This document shows, in pieces, positions 23,801 through 35,821 of a stretch of DNA of 64,000 bases. The notes beneath the pieces were generated by a model. It made no database searches and was not told the origin of the DNA. It saw only the letters and a list, made by a program, of their open reading frames with translations. The stretch's first letter is position 1. The number at the start of each line of letters is the position of its first letter. The translations under genes and the position numbers were made by a program. Source of the DNA: Lepidodermella squamata (lineage: Eukaryota > Animalia > Gastrotricha). The stretch is from the NCBI GenBank assembly GCA_047495785.1, contig JBLDXI010000054.1, positions 1,984,001 to 2,048,000 of the forward strand, read 5' to 3'.

Positions 23801-25377
23801 GTACTCACTCGCGGATAATTTTCGGCTGAGGGCGAGTGGCGAGATTTTTTCCATTGGTTTCGGGTCGATTGATAAAAATCTATGCTTTGCGACTTGCGTG
23901 ATACTGGGACGCTTTTCGGGATTCTTCTCCAACATGGACATGACAAATTCTTTGAGGGAATCTGAGTAAATGCTGTCCTCTGGGAATGGCGTTGGATCTT
24001 TCCTACAAAATATTAAAAATTATCATCGATTTTTTCCCAGTGACTTCGTCCCAATAGAGGATCATTTTTCCTAGAGAATAAAATATTTCAGCTAAATGAA
24101 AAAAATCCCTTGATGCAAAAATATATTTTCAAATAACTAAGCATTTTTCAACCAAATGTTAAGATTAATTTTGCGAATAATTCTGACCTTAGGCAGAACT
24201 TCAAGGTAAGGTCAGGTGACTTTATCCAGATTTTTTCCGGATTTATTTTGAAAATTGAATTTGGACTAATTAATCCTTCTTAATTAGAACAGCTAAAAAA
24301 TTGGGGCAATTTTTTATAATTTTTGTAAGTGCCAAACCTTTTTAATTAGGTAGTGGGCTTCGAAAGTCTAATTAAAATTTGAAAATAAAACTGAATGATA
24401 GAAATATTACTTCCAAATAGCCATGACAATAGCAAAACCGTCGCCATAGTACTGCGAAAGATGAAAATAATTATGCTTAATCATTTTGTTATGTAATTGG
24501 CTCAAATATTACAGGTGCGACTAGATTCGCAAGTTCGTAAATGACGACTCCTAGCGCCCAAACATCGCATTTTGTAGTCCACGGCTGGTTACAGGTACAA
24601 AATTCAGGGGCGTAATATGAGGGAGTCCCAACTAGGGTGATTGAACTCTGGCTGACTAGGTCGACATCCTTCGCGAGGCCGAAATCTCCAAGTTTAACAA
24701 TGTCACAATTATTTGTAAGATAAATATTCTGAAAAAGATAGCGAAAATTATTAGTAAAAAATTCAAATTTAAATTTAAATTTTTTACGCTTGGCTTGATG
24801 TCACGGTGAACGTAATTACTGTCGTGCAGAAATTTCACAGCTGAAGTTAGCTGGCGGGACCAATTCCTTATTTCAAGTTCCGAGAATCGATCCTTAGCTG
24901 CTTTTTTTGACTTGATGAGCTGGCTCAAATCACCTGAGGCAAAATAATTTGTGAGCTAATTTAAATATCGTGATAATTTTACTCACCTCCGTCGCAATAT
25001 TCCATAACCAAAAAATAGATGACTTGCGAATTCTCCGATTGAACTTCGACGTCCTCGAAGCAGCCAAACACCCTGACGACATTAGGGTGACTACAAAATT
25101 GCATATTTGCGAACTGGTGGAAAAGGTCAAATGTGAAAGTTTTCTTATTTTTCCTGAATTTTTCTACCTCTTGTCGGCAATTTTCAACAATTTTCGACGC
25201 GCGTTTCGACTCGTTATTGATGCTGGAAATTCGAGTTAAATTGACCTGTTTCAGGACATAATTTTGACCGTTCGGGTCGTCTTTCCGGTGAACAAGCCAG
25301 GCTGTTGAAAATCCGCCTTCACCTAGCTTTTTTCGATTCGAAAAATCGAAATCTTCCCTCGACCACGATCGAGACAT
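20839..25377 (-). CDS. Tandem NEK-like kinase + pseudokinase + C-terminal ankyrin repeats (~13 exons, roughly 1170 aa)
   Basis: Kinase 1: GEGGFS, VLK, HRDIKPSN, DFG, APE, CDVWALG. Kinase 2: VMR, HQDIRPKN, KLGLMM, PPE, CDVWSLG. Phase-0 intron 22141-22190 joins the linker to the 1.3-kb ankyrin exon. Confidence 0.8.
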
Positions 25378-26036
25378 TTAAAAAAATAATAACTGTATAT
25401 TATTTAAAAAAATATTAAATAACAACTTTTGCTTTGAAAATAAAGCCGTAATATAGATGAATAGCAGATAGAAATGACGCATGAATTTTGGTCTAAAATT
25501 GACCACCCTTGGCATCATCATCATCAAAGGCCCCTGCGCAGGTTTTTTATTCATTTTTCAAAGAATAAATTATCACTTTCATCCTTTATGATATGTTATA
25601 AACACGCCGATGCGTGTTAAAATTGTTCAGCTGCTTTTTCTTTTCAATTTTTCCGCCATGCATAGGCCCCTGGTTCGATTCTTTTCTCTTGGTTTTTTTT
25701 CATTATTCCCATACGTAAAAGCTCACGCCACTAAACCGGACAAGGAAAAATAGCGCATTAATTGAAAAAATTGGTCAGGAAACATTAAAAATGCTATTTT
25801 AACTGGTGTTTTTAGTGGTATAAAAAATTCAGATGATATCAGCAATTATCGCGCGACCTTATCACTGGCACGTTCCAGCGACGATCAATGAGCAGATAGT
25901 ACTTTTCATATATATTATTGTGAGAGCTTTTCACTCAATGTATTTCATTAGCCTTTACATACTATGCAGGTAGATAGACGGCAGCGTATTTTTTATAGTA
26001 AAACTCTCATAATAGGTAGTAGTGTAGTTTTTACAT

Positions 26037-26053
26037 CTGTGTGTGTGTGTGTG
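26037..26053. repeat. (GT)n microsatellite
   Basis: tgtgtgtgtgtgtgtg. Confidence 0.8.
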
Positions 26054-26144
26054 AGGCATAGTTTCAGCTTTCATCCTTCAGTCTTAGTATACTCTTCCGT
26101 CTTATTTTTATTTCTCTTATTATAATAGCAGACAATTTATTTGA

Positions 26145-28304
26145 ATGATGCCTGATTCTTGCTCGGTATGCGGCCGTTCGATGAAAATTCTGGAAGCTGT
26201 AGGGCCTTCTTCGAGTCAGTTATGCGAAGCCTGTCGCAGGTTTCATAGCCGTCATAAATCCAAAGACCTGACCGAGTGCACGTGTGGCAGTAAGAGCTGC
26301 GGCTCTGATGGTGGCAGTAAAATGTGCCAATTTTGCCGGTTTTTTAAATGCGACCGAATTCTGAACGAAATTCGACAGGTGACTCTGGCTGAAAGTGGCA
26401 TCAACGACGATAATTGGGCGTCGAAAAAATTCGATTACAGCAAAATACGATGCGGAGTCTGCAAAAGTTCAAGTTGGTAAAAATGTTAAATTTCGGTTTC
26501 TAATTCCGGGGAAATTCAGAAAAATCCATGGTGAATTCAGAAAAATTCTGGAAAATCCAGAGAAAATCAGGAAAATTCAGAAAAACTGATATACTTCTGC
26601 TTGCGCAACCTACACTTGCAAGAGTCTGCAAGAGTTCAAGTTGGTAAAAAATTTATTAATTCCGGGAAAATTCTAGAAAATTCAAAAAATATCTCACAAA
26701 ATCAGGAAATTTTTTTAAACTAAATTTAATTTAATTTAATTAAAAATGTTTGGATTTGAAGGGAAATTTCTCATTTTTTACATTGAATAATTTCAAATTG
26801 TTTCAAAATAAAAAGTCTGAAAAATAAAGTTAATTTTTTTCAAATTTGATTACATATTTCAGGCACAGGATTCTTCTATGGCGCCTTCACCTGCGATAGC
26901 TGTAAAATATTTTTTCGCCGATCAATGAACAAAGACTACAAAAAGCAGTACTTGTGCAAAGCCCCAAGCCAGCAAGGCCTAACCGACCTATGCTCTCTGG
27001 ACTCAAACTGCCGAAAATGCCGATTAAAGCGCTGCTTCGACGCCGGCATGACGCTGTCGACGAAGGTCTCCGAAACTAGGGCAAAAATGCGAATGCGCGC
27101 GTTAATTGCGGCGAAGCAAATCGGCGAGGCTGAAATCAGCCGAACTTCAATTACTCAATCCGCGATGGAAAGCGAGATATCAGTCGCGTATCTTGGCAGC
27201 GACTCGAATATCTCCCCAAATATTGTCCAAACTCCAATCGCTGACTCATTATTCACCCCTCTGGCGTGGAGTTATGATCGTTTATTGAGGCAATTGGTCG
27301 AATCAGCGGCTTATTTAGCTCCGATAAGCAACGAACGAGTTTTATATCGGCATGACATGTCATTCGACGAAATTTTTGCGGTTCGGATGAAATCTTTCGA
27401 CCGATACATGACTGCGGTTGGCGAGTTCGTGAAGGCGTTACCTGGCCTGGAAATGATCGATTACGAGGACAAAATCACCCTGTTCACCGATGCGTTTTTC
27501 GCGATTTGCGCTGCGCAAGTGTCGCTGCAATACAAAAAGGAGACTAAGCACTGTAATTGCTTCGGAATGACCGCGGATGATATCGAGAGCATTGAGGTGT
27601 GCTGGAGGTTGACGCCGAGGCACGGCGAGCTGGAGCAGTTCCTGATCGACGCTGGCGAGCACGTGACCTCGGCAATAATGAGAATCGAAGAGTTCGCACT
27701 TTTTTGTGCACTCATTTTTTTCAATCCAGGTAAAGACATAATTATAACATTTTTATGTACCTTTTTCGAAAAAATTTCATAGCCTTGCATATATGCAAAT
27801 GAGCATAAAATTTTAAATTTCCACGTGAATTCAGAAAAATCTTCAAAAATTGGTGAAATCAGTGAATTAGTGAAATCAAAATCTTGAACTTTTTTAATTT
27901 GAGATTTTTAATTTAATTTAATTATTAATTATTAATTTATTAATTAAATCAATTAATTAATCATGGGTAATTTCGCATTTTTCTGTATAATATATTTTTT
28001 TATTTTAGAATTGGCCGGTTTAAAACACCCTGAGCAAGTTCGGAATCTTCGAATAAACTACGACGCAGCTTTACGGCGATTTCTCGGCGAAGTTTCTAGC
28101 AACGAAGTCGAATTGCGGCTATCTTTAATTTACAAAGCTCTACACTACCACCGATCAGCAACGCCGAGGTTGAAGAACTTTTTCGGCGGTGTTATAGACA
28201 CTTATATCCCGGGTCAAGTGCTAAACCTCGCGGCTAGTGTCTCACCTCTCATGTCAGATTTTTGCCAACGATTTTTTGCTAAACCTGAATTAAATGCCAA
28301 TTGA
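26145..28304 (+). CDS. Nuclear receptor A with two DNA-binding domains (exons 26145-26472, 26863-27729, 28009-28304)
   Basis: DBD1 CSVC..CEACRRF..CTC..CQFCRFFKC; DBD2 [35 protein letters not shown]; LBD signature FVKALPGLEMIDYEDKITLF; phase-1 introns shared with paralogues. Confidence 0.88.
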
Positions 28305-28638
28305 AATTAAAAAATGTTTAATTTTGTAAAATTTGGATTTTATAAATAAATACATCGAATTGTTCAAGAAATGCACGATTTTATTCTTTATTTTTGTTCG
28401 TAGGTACAATTTTGAAATTTAATGATTCAGGACTGTTATGGGAATTTTTGGAAAGTGCGGAAAATTCTCGAGTGGCAACTATTTTTTTCCTGTCGCTCAA
28501 TAAACGTAGGGCATAGCTCTTTTGCGGCAAAAAACTCACTATTCAAGCTTATACCAACCATTTCAATTTTTTCCTAACAAAAAGCTCCTCTCAGCTTTCA
28601 GCATTCATTGTTTTTATAGTAGACATTTTCTTCATATA

Positions 28639-30968
28639 ATGAAAGTGTCTTGTTCAGTTTGCAACCGGTCCATTGAAGCTGCCGCTACTGCTGGTTTGCT
28701 GGATGCCCCACAGCGGCAACTGTGTGAAGCCTGTCGCCGATTTTACTCTCGTTACAAAGACCGCCAACTCAGTGAGTGCACGTGCCCGAGCGGGAAAGAT
28801 GATGCCAAGGCTGCTAATAAGCCGTGTCAATTTTGCCGCTTCTCGCGATGCAGTGCCGTTATTGGGCAAGTTGCCAATTTCGCGAGCCAGAGCAGTGACG
28901 AGCCTTGGCAAGCATCACGGAAATTCGATTACAGCAAAATTCCCTGTGCCGTTTGCACTTGTGCTAGTGAGTTTACACGACTAAATGCGTTAAAATCTCA
29001 GTTTTCTTAGGAATTTTTTTCTACTAATTCATATTCGATTATTGAAATGATTCGATTATTTGAATTTGGCATTGAATTTTAAATTTAAATTTGAATTTTT
29101 AACATTTTGACTGGCTCTGCGAAATATCAGAGTATGGAAGGTCCTGAAATCGACAGATCAGAAGCGACATTTGCGTAATCCGCAATTCAGAAAAATATTT
29201 TAATAAATTAAAAGAAATGTTTAAGGAGAATAATTATTACAATTTTTCGATTTTAAATTTTCGATTATTTCAATTTTAATTATTTTCAATTTATTGCAAT
29301 TTTTAAAATTTTGCAGAAATTTGAAATCCACTTTTTAAGGATTTGTAGATTAATTCGATTTTTTATTTCGGCTATTTTCCAGGTACGGGATTGTTTTACG
29401 GCGCTTTCACTTGCGATGGCTGTAAAACATTTTTCCGCCGGTCCATGAACAAAAATTACAAGAAGCAATATATCTGCAAATCTCCACAAGCATCGGCAAA
29501 AGATGGTACAGAAAAATTATGCCCGCTGGACTCAAATTGCCGCAAATGTCGGCTAAAACGCTGCTTCGACGCCGGCATGAGTTTGTCCGAGAAATCGTCC
29601 AAATCTAGGTCACTTTTACGCCGCGCTAAATTGGGCTCTGTGCAATTAGGCCTGATCAAAAATGATGACACCAAACCAGTGCGAAGGTCTGATCGGAAAA
29701 TCGATAATCGGAAATCGATAATCGGAAAATCGGATGATTCATCGACCTTATCATCGCAGTCTCAATTTACTGGCTCCAATCAATTGAGCGTGGAACCCGT
29801 TCGAAGTTCTGAACAGATGAATCAAAATATCGATGGATCGTCGATTTCGTCGCCACGGTTACAAATTTGCTATAGTAACAGTGCTTCAATTTCAGTCCTT
29901 TCTCCCCCGGTACAACATATTCTTGAGCCTTTGAACTGGAGCTACGACCGATTCATCAGCCGACTAGTCGAATCGGCTGCTCATTTAGCGGCTATCAGCG
30001 ACGATCGCCTGGTCCTTACTCGAAAAATGTCCCTTGAAGAGCTTTTCGTCGTCAGAGCCAAGTCTTTTTTGGTTTACATGAAATCCGTTGGCGATTTTGT
30101 AACGTCACTGCCAGGCATTGAATCGATTCATTTCGACGATAAAGTCGTTCTATTCACTCAGGCGTTGTTTCCAATATCAGCCGCTCAGTGCTCGTTGCAG
30201 TATGATGCGGCGAATCGGGATACGAATTTTTTCGGGGCGCGACTTGGTGACACGGAGACGATGGGTATAACGAGTGAGATGTCGCCGCATCATGATGAAT
30301 TTATTGCGTACATGCTTCAAGCGGGGGAAATGCTGGCGTCTGTTGTGATGAAAATCGAAGAATTCGCCCTATTTTGCGGTCTTCTTTACCTTAATGCAGG
30401 TAAAATTGTTATTAATGGCTACAACTTCACTGAAATGTTTGGTACCGTAACGATTTAAGATAAACTTTGCATTCAATTAAAACGAAAAAGATAAGCGGGA
30501 AATTAAGTGCAAAAATCCAATTTATGTTAATTTTCATTAACCGTGAAATCTTGTTCCTATAATTACCTTGTGTTTCACGGTATTTCTTTCAGTATTCGTT
30601 CATTTTCCAATTTTTTGAATTTCTGACTAGAAACTACGGCGCTGAAAAATGTGGATAGTGTTTGGAACCTTCGCATGAATTACGAAGCTGTCCTGAACCG
30701 ATTTTTGCTACGCTCAAAGCCGGACAGAATCAGCCTTGGCAGTAGTCAGGCAAGCGGCGAAGAGCGACTGGCGGCCATTTACAAGGCTATGCATTTTTTC
30801 CGCCTCGCTACGCCACGCATGCATGAATTCTTAGAGACTGTTAAAGAAAAATACTACGCTGCCGATTTTTACGACCTGGCCACCAATGTGTCACCCCTAA
30901 CCGCCGATTTTTGCACGCAATTTTTCGGTCCCCCGATTGCTGCTCGGCCTGACTTACTTAATATTTAA
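28639..30968 (+). CDS. Nuclear receptor B with two DBDs (exons 28639-28966, 29383-30399, 30631-30968)
   Basis: CEACRRF finger followed by CDGCKTFFRRS DBD; LBD FVTSLPGIESIHFDDKVVLF; same intron positions as A. Confidence 0.88.
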
Positions 30969-31104
30969 ATTTTGAAATTAAATTGAAGTTTTAATTTTTT
31001 TCATTTCTCATGGATAAATAATGATTTAATGAATAAATAATTTTTGAAATTTCCAGATAGTTTTTTTTTCATTCCGTAAACTTGTGGATTTTTTCCTACA
31101 ATAG

Positions 31105-32708
31105 TGGACCGATTTCTGGGCCGATTGGTCGAATCTGCGGCATATCTAGCCCCAATTAGCAACGACCGCCTTATTGTCATGCGTAAATTGACTATGGAAG
31201 AGCTTCTCGTCGCCAGAACCAAGTCATTTCTGGTTTATTTAAAAGCTGTCGGCGATTTTGTGACGTCACTACCAGGCTTTGAGTTGATAAATCAGGACGA
31301 CAAAATCGTGTTATTCACTCAGGCCTTTTTTCCGATATCAGTTGCCCAGCTTTCGCTGCAGTATGAAGCGGTTAGTCGGGAGACGAATTTTTTCGGATTT
31401 CAGAGTAGCGATCCGGAGGCGATGCGAATAAGCAAAGGCATTTCACCGCATCATGATGAATTGGTAGAATACATGCTGCAGGCTGGTGAATTTCTAAGTT
31501 CGGTTGTAGGAAAAATCGAAGAATTCGCGCTATTCTGCAGCCTCCTATTTTTAAATGCAGGTAAATTTCTGTGAAAAAATATTTTTTTTGATACGTAATT
31601 ATAAAAATTTCATTTTAAATTGTCTTTATTTGAATTAAAATTAAAAAAAATTATTTTTAATTCTCACTGAACTTGAATTAAAATGATCAATTTTTAATAC
31701 CGTCAAACGGGGCGACTTTGCCAGTCGGGGTCACTTTGCCACGGCAAAATGGGGCGACTTTCGCATAGCCATATCTCAGAGGTATCAAGATAAAGGCCCC
31801 TTGAGTGGGGTACCGTTGGAAAGCCCAAGAAAAGACCAGCTGGAATGCCTTGAACATACTTCAGCCCTTCACAATACCTGGTGATTAAACACAGGTAAAG
31901 TTGAGCAAAAAGAAATAGAGTTTTCGGCAGAATTTAGATGACTCTAAAGTCGACCAGGTGTGATCAAAAAGAAAAATTATTGTCATTTTCGAGCAATCTC
32001 TGACACAAGCTATCCAGCGGTACCCCACTTGAGAGGTATCCGCCTTTCCACCTGGGGTTTGAGATAGGGCAAAGTCGCCCCATCTGCATCTAAACCATAC
32101 GCGGGGTGACTTTGCCAGTATCAAACGTCAGTTTGTAAATTGGATACTGTTCAAACAGCAACACAAGGTATATAAATAAATTCTGCATACTCAGGGCTTT
32201 CCGTTGACATCCTATTTCACATACATCATGCATGAGATATGGACAGCGTGTGCGATCCAAACTCGATCGCAAAAACCTATGGCAATGTCGCCCCACTGGC
32301 TAAAGTCACCCCATTTGACGGTAATAGAATTTTTCGAAAATATTTCTATGAATTTTATTTTTCTTGATATTTTTCAATGTAGAAACGGCGACCTTGAAAA
32401 ATGTGGAAAGAGTTCATGACCTGCGCATGAATTACGAATATGTGCTCAGTCGATTTTTATTGCGGTCGAAAATGAGAAGTAATATTGGCAAGGAAACAAT
32501 AAGTGGAGAAGAGCGAATTGCGACTATCTATAGAGCGATGCGATTTTTCCGCCTCGCAACGCCTCGTTTACAATGCTTTCTCGGATTAATAAAGGAGCGA
32601 CACTACGCAAGGAATTTCTACGACATGACTACCAATGTATCGCCTCTTGTTGCCGACTTCTGCTTCAAACTTTTCGATCGCTCTCGCTCGGATATCTCAC
32701 CAGCTTGA
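31105..32708 (+). CDS. Nuclear receptor C, LBD only (exons ~31105-31560, 32383-32708); partial duplicate or alternative exon pair
   Basis: Open frame homologous to the LBDs of B and D with intact splice sites; no DBD sequence between the stop of B and 31105. Confidence 0.6.
31700..32321. mobile_element. Tc1/mariner/pogo-type MITE in the NR-C intron
   Basis: TIR ccgtcaaa.gggg.gacttt / aaagtcaccccatttgacgg, flanked by TA on both sides. Confidence 0.85.
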
Positions 32709-32850
32709 CTTTAAATTAAACTTGAAGACAAAGATTTTTCTGAATTCATGAATAAATCGCGTCCATCCGCGGTAATTAATTTTCTCAAATTTCCAGAAAG
32801 CACAATTAAGATGCCAATTTTCGTCTTATTGATTGAGTTACGTATTAGAT

Positions 32851-32938
32851 AACTGAGTGTTATTCTAAGTTAGGCGAGTAACAAGCTGATAACCAGATAT
32901 CTGATTGTTACGAGTCTAATTTAGAATAACACTCAGTT
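32851..32938. repeat. Short hairpin / MITE-like inverted repeat
   Basis: aactgagtgttattctaa.ttag versus ctaatttagaataacactcagtt. Confidence 0.65.
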
Positions 32939-33104
32939 GTGTGATATAACGCTGTTGTTTTGTTGATGTTGCGTAATAAATGCGCACAATGGTCGTCTTA
33001 ACACAGCTTTTGAATTTTTTCATTGCTGCATTTTTGGTTCTTGTGCGCGCATCAAATTAAGGACGATATTCGGGTTTATTTTTTAATTTGCGCTGCGAAA
33101 ATTG

Positions 33105-33694
33105 CCGGGTTGCGTTTTTTATTAAAACCGCGGTGTGCTTGAGACTAATTACATCTATTGACACCTGATGACACACACGAATATTCGAAGCTTTTTCAAA
33201 CCCCATCAAAAATTCAAAAATTTAAAATGATGAAATTCGAATTTATCGGCAAGTTTGGATTCAAAATAATGCTCAGAAATCACCTAAACCCACTGAATTT
33301 TCATAAATTTTGCCACATTGATCGATTTTTCTGAAATTTATTTCCAGTTCGATTTTTGCGGAGAAAAGCAAGAACTCTTTTCTGTGTAGTTTTGCTAAAA
33401 AAGCTCTTAAAAGACATGGTGTCAGAAATTAACGAGGGCCACATGGTGCATGGTCGTAAATTAATTACAGCCATGTCACGATTTAGCCGCGGCCGAATCT
33501 TTTTAATCCGCGCGGTGATTTGTCTTTTCTGCCTAGCCTTGACCGGCCTTCGAGCCGGTCAGTTACGAGTCAGTTACGAGCCGGTCAGTTCATGATACGT
33601 GCCGATTGTGATTTCTCTGTTGCGATGCTCACTGAAAAATTGATCACAACGCTGAACAATAGCACCACGGTTTTGATAAAAAAACGCAACCCTG
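33105..33694. mobile_element. TIR-bounded non-autonomous element
   Basis: gggttgcgttttttattaaaaccgcggtg versus caccacggttttgataaaaaaacgcaaccc; TSD unclear. Confidence 0.6.
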
Positions 33695-33739
33695 TAGAAA
33701 TCCGTGTCTAAAAGATTATTCAAGAGATTTGAGGCATTT

Positions 33740-34056
33740 TGACCTAATTAGAGACTTGCCAATTTTCGTCAAGAAATGTCTTTTGACCTTAATTGCGTAA
33801 ATTAAACAATGAAAAAGGACGCGCCTGTTATCTGACCTAGGGCGTACATTATCTGATTTTTGGAAGATAACAGATGACTATAACATGTGATAACAGCGTT
33901 ATAGCCTAGATAGTGGATTTCATGCGTCCCATATTTTTAGAGCCATGGAAGCGTGAAGGACTAGAAATCCTGATTCATCGGTCAATTTACATGAAAAAGC
34001 ATGCCGGCACGCAATTAGCGAAACTAATTTATTCCGGGTCACTTTTGCTTAGGTCA
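33740..34056 (+). promoter_or_regulatory. Cluster of AGGTCA/TGACCT half-sites and GATA sites upstream of peptide gene 1
   Basis: TGACCT at 33740, 33784 and 33833; GGGTCA at 34036; AGGTCA at 34051; five WGATAR-type sites in ~33826-33914. Confidence 0.45.
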
Positions 34057-34088
34057 TTTTTCGTTAAAAATATTTCGTGAAAATTATA

Positions 34089-34545
34089 ATGAAGGCAACT
34101 TTATTATTAGCACTGTTTTTAGTACCTCTGGTGTTTAGCAGGCAATCGAAACTTCTTCGTGAAGATTCCAAGCCTGGATCTAGGGTTAAAAATCTGGACT
34201 TGAGCCAGCTATCACAGGTAAATACCTATTTCGATCTGAGTTCGAGCGATAATTTCGAAAAGGTCCAGCACAATCGTCTAATGATGGGTAAATTAGTTTG
34301 GTCTCGTCTCGTATAAATAGAGTGTTTGAAAGGATTTATTTTTATTTTTTTTAGAAAATCTTGTAGCCGGTCTGGTCAGACGGCGAGACATCAAGGGTCT
34401 GCAAAAGCTGCTATGGGATATTGACTTGGCTCGCCGGTTTAAAAAATGCGTTCACACCTTGGGGTCGCCGGCGATTTGCGACAACCGAGTTGGTTTCTAT
34501 CTATGGGCTCAATTATTAGCACGGCAAATCATGAATGGCCAATAG
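34089..34545 (+). CDS. Secreted precursor, CDNRVGFY family member 1 (intron 34288-34354)
   Basis: Signal peptide MKATLLLALFLVPLVFS; exon 2 reads ..DIKGLQKLLWDIDLARRFKKCVHTLGSPAICDNRVGFYLWAQLLARQIMNGQ; three paralogues share the phase-1 intron. Confidence 0.85.
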
Positions 34546-35061
34546 TTCAAAAAGTACATATTACTACATCAGCCTGTTATTTTCAAGAGAGTTAGCAATA
34601 AAGAGTGCTTTTTTTACTCGAGCCTAAGACTAATGTTGTTAAATTTTCACTGTTTAATGTGACTTATTTCATCAGACATAAAGTCATATTTCATCCGAAA
34701 GCCTAAAATGCGAACAACGCATCCGACCATTGTGGTTATTTTCGAAGCTGACTTTATGATAAAGTCGGCTTTATCTGGCAAAAAACCAGGCGCCAGTTTT
34801 AAATTGCTCATCATAAGCCGTGACCTACTTTTTACCAGCCTCTTTTATTGTTAGGATTCGTTATGCAATCAGGTCAACAAGTGCTTTTGAGGTCAAAACG
34901 CTTGATTTCAGGCAAAAATCGCCCATTTATGTTTGCGAGACAAAGCCTTTATTTCCAGGCGATCAAGTCATCGCCATTATGGGATAAAGTCAACTCTATC
35001 ATAAAGGCGACTTACATTTTCGAAGTCGCCATTAGCTTATGTCGACTTCATCGGATGATTA

Positions 35062-35106
35062 CAGTGATCCTACTAGGTCCAGCTCTGAGGGGGGTAAATC
35101 GAAGCG
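35062..35106. mobile_element. 5' fragment of the hAT-like MITE found at 44608
   Basis: cagtgatcc.actagg.cagctctgaggggggtaaatcga matches 44608-44650. Confidence 0.65.
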
Positions 35107-35475
35107 TGAGCGCTTAACATAAAAATCAACACGACAGGAGCATTTGGAGATAATTTATTGTTCAAATTATTGTCATTTTGGTATTTCTACACTGAGCAAT
35201 TATGCATAGTCCTATGTCAATAAACTGCTAAATTTCTGAAATTTTCTAGCGATGAGCATATGCATACCAAGGAGCTGCGCCCATTGTATCCCGCCGCTCA
35301 CTATGAGTTGAGTGTATTTCACTTTGTCCATCGGTGCTACCAAAACACGTGAACGCGCGTGAATTCAGGTTTGAACAGTTGGCAGAGCGTGTGGCCAGGG
35401 GGTGCCTATAATATCGCCAAACCGCGCTGCACATTTTCACAAGCATTCTTTCATTTTATCAACTTTTCGTTCAAC

Positions 35476-35821
35476 ATGAACAAGATCCTTCTTCTCACTC
35501 TTGTGGTGGTAAGTTTCACTTCCAAGCTGAAATGGCTGCTGTCATAATATGCTAATCTTACTTTGATAGGCTGTTGCTGCAGTCTGGTCCGTTGCGGCAC
35601 AGGAGAAAAAGAGCAAGCCGGGCTGCAATGACTGTCACCAAAGCAAGGGTACGAAACCCGGTGTCGGTCACGGGCACCTCCGAAACAAGCCCCCATCCTC
35701 CAGCCCCAGCAAGGGAAAAAGGGCGAGGGCTACTGCAAAACCTGAGGCTGGTCGCATTGCAATCTTTCGCGAGAATCTTTCGCATGAAGACGCATATGCG
35801 AGGCTGACTTCAAAAAAGTAG
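35476..35821 (+). CDS. Small secreted basic protein (intron 35509-35569), possibly truncated by a premature stop
   Basis: MNKILLLTLVV|AVAAVWSVAA signal peptide spans a GTAAGT..atag intron; Lys/Arg-rich with CNDCH; TATA-like site near 35406. Confidence 0.6.

Noticed and set aside
20502-35821. In-frame TAGs at 20502 and 35819 suggesting stop-codon reassignment
   Set aside because: Peptide paralogues end at the same position with TAG, TAA or TGA, so TAG is a normal stop.
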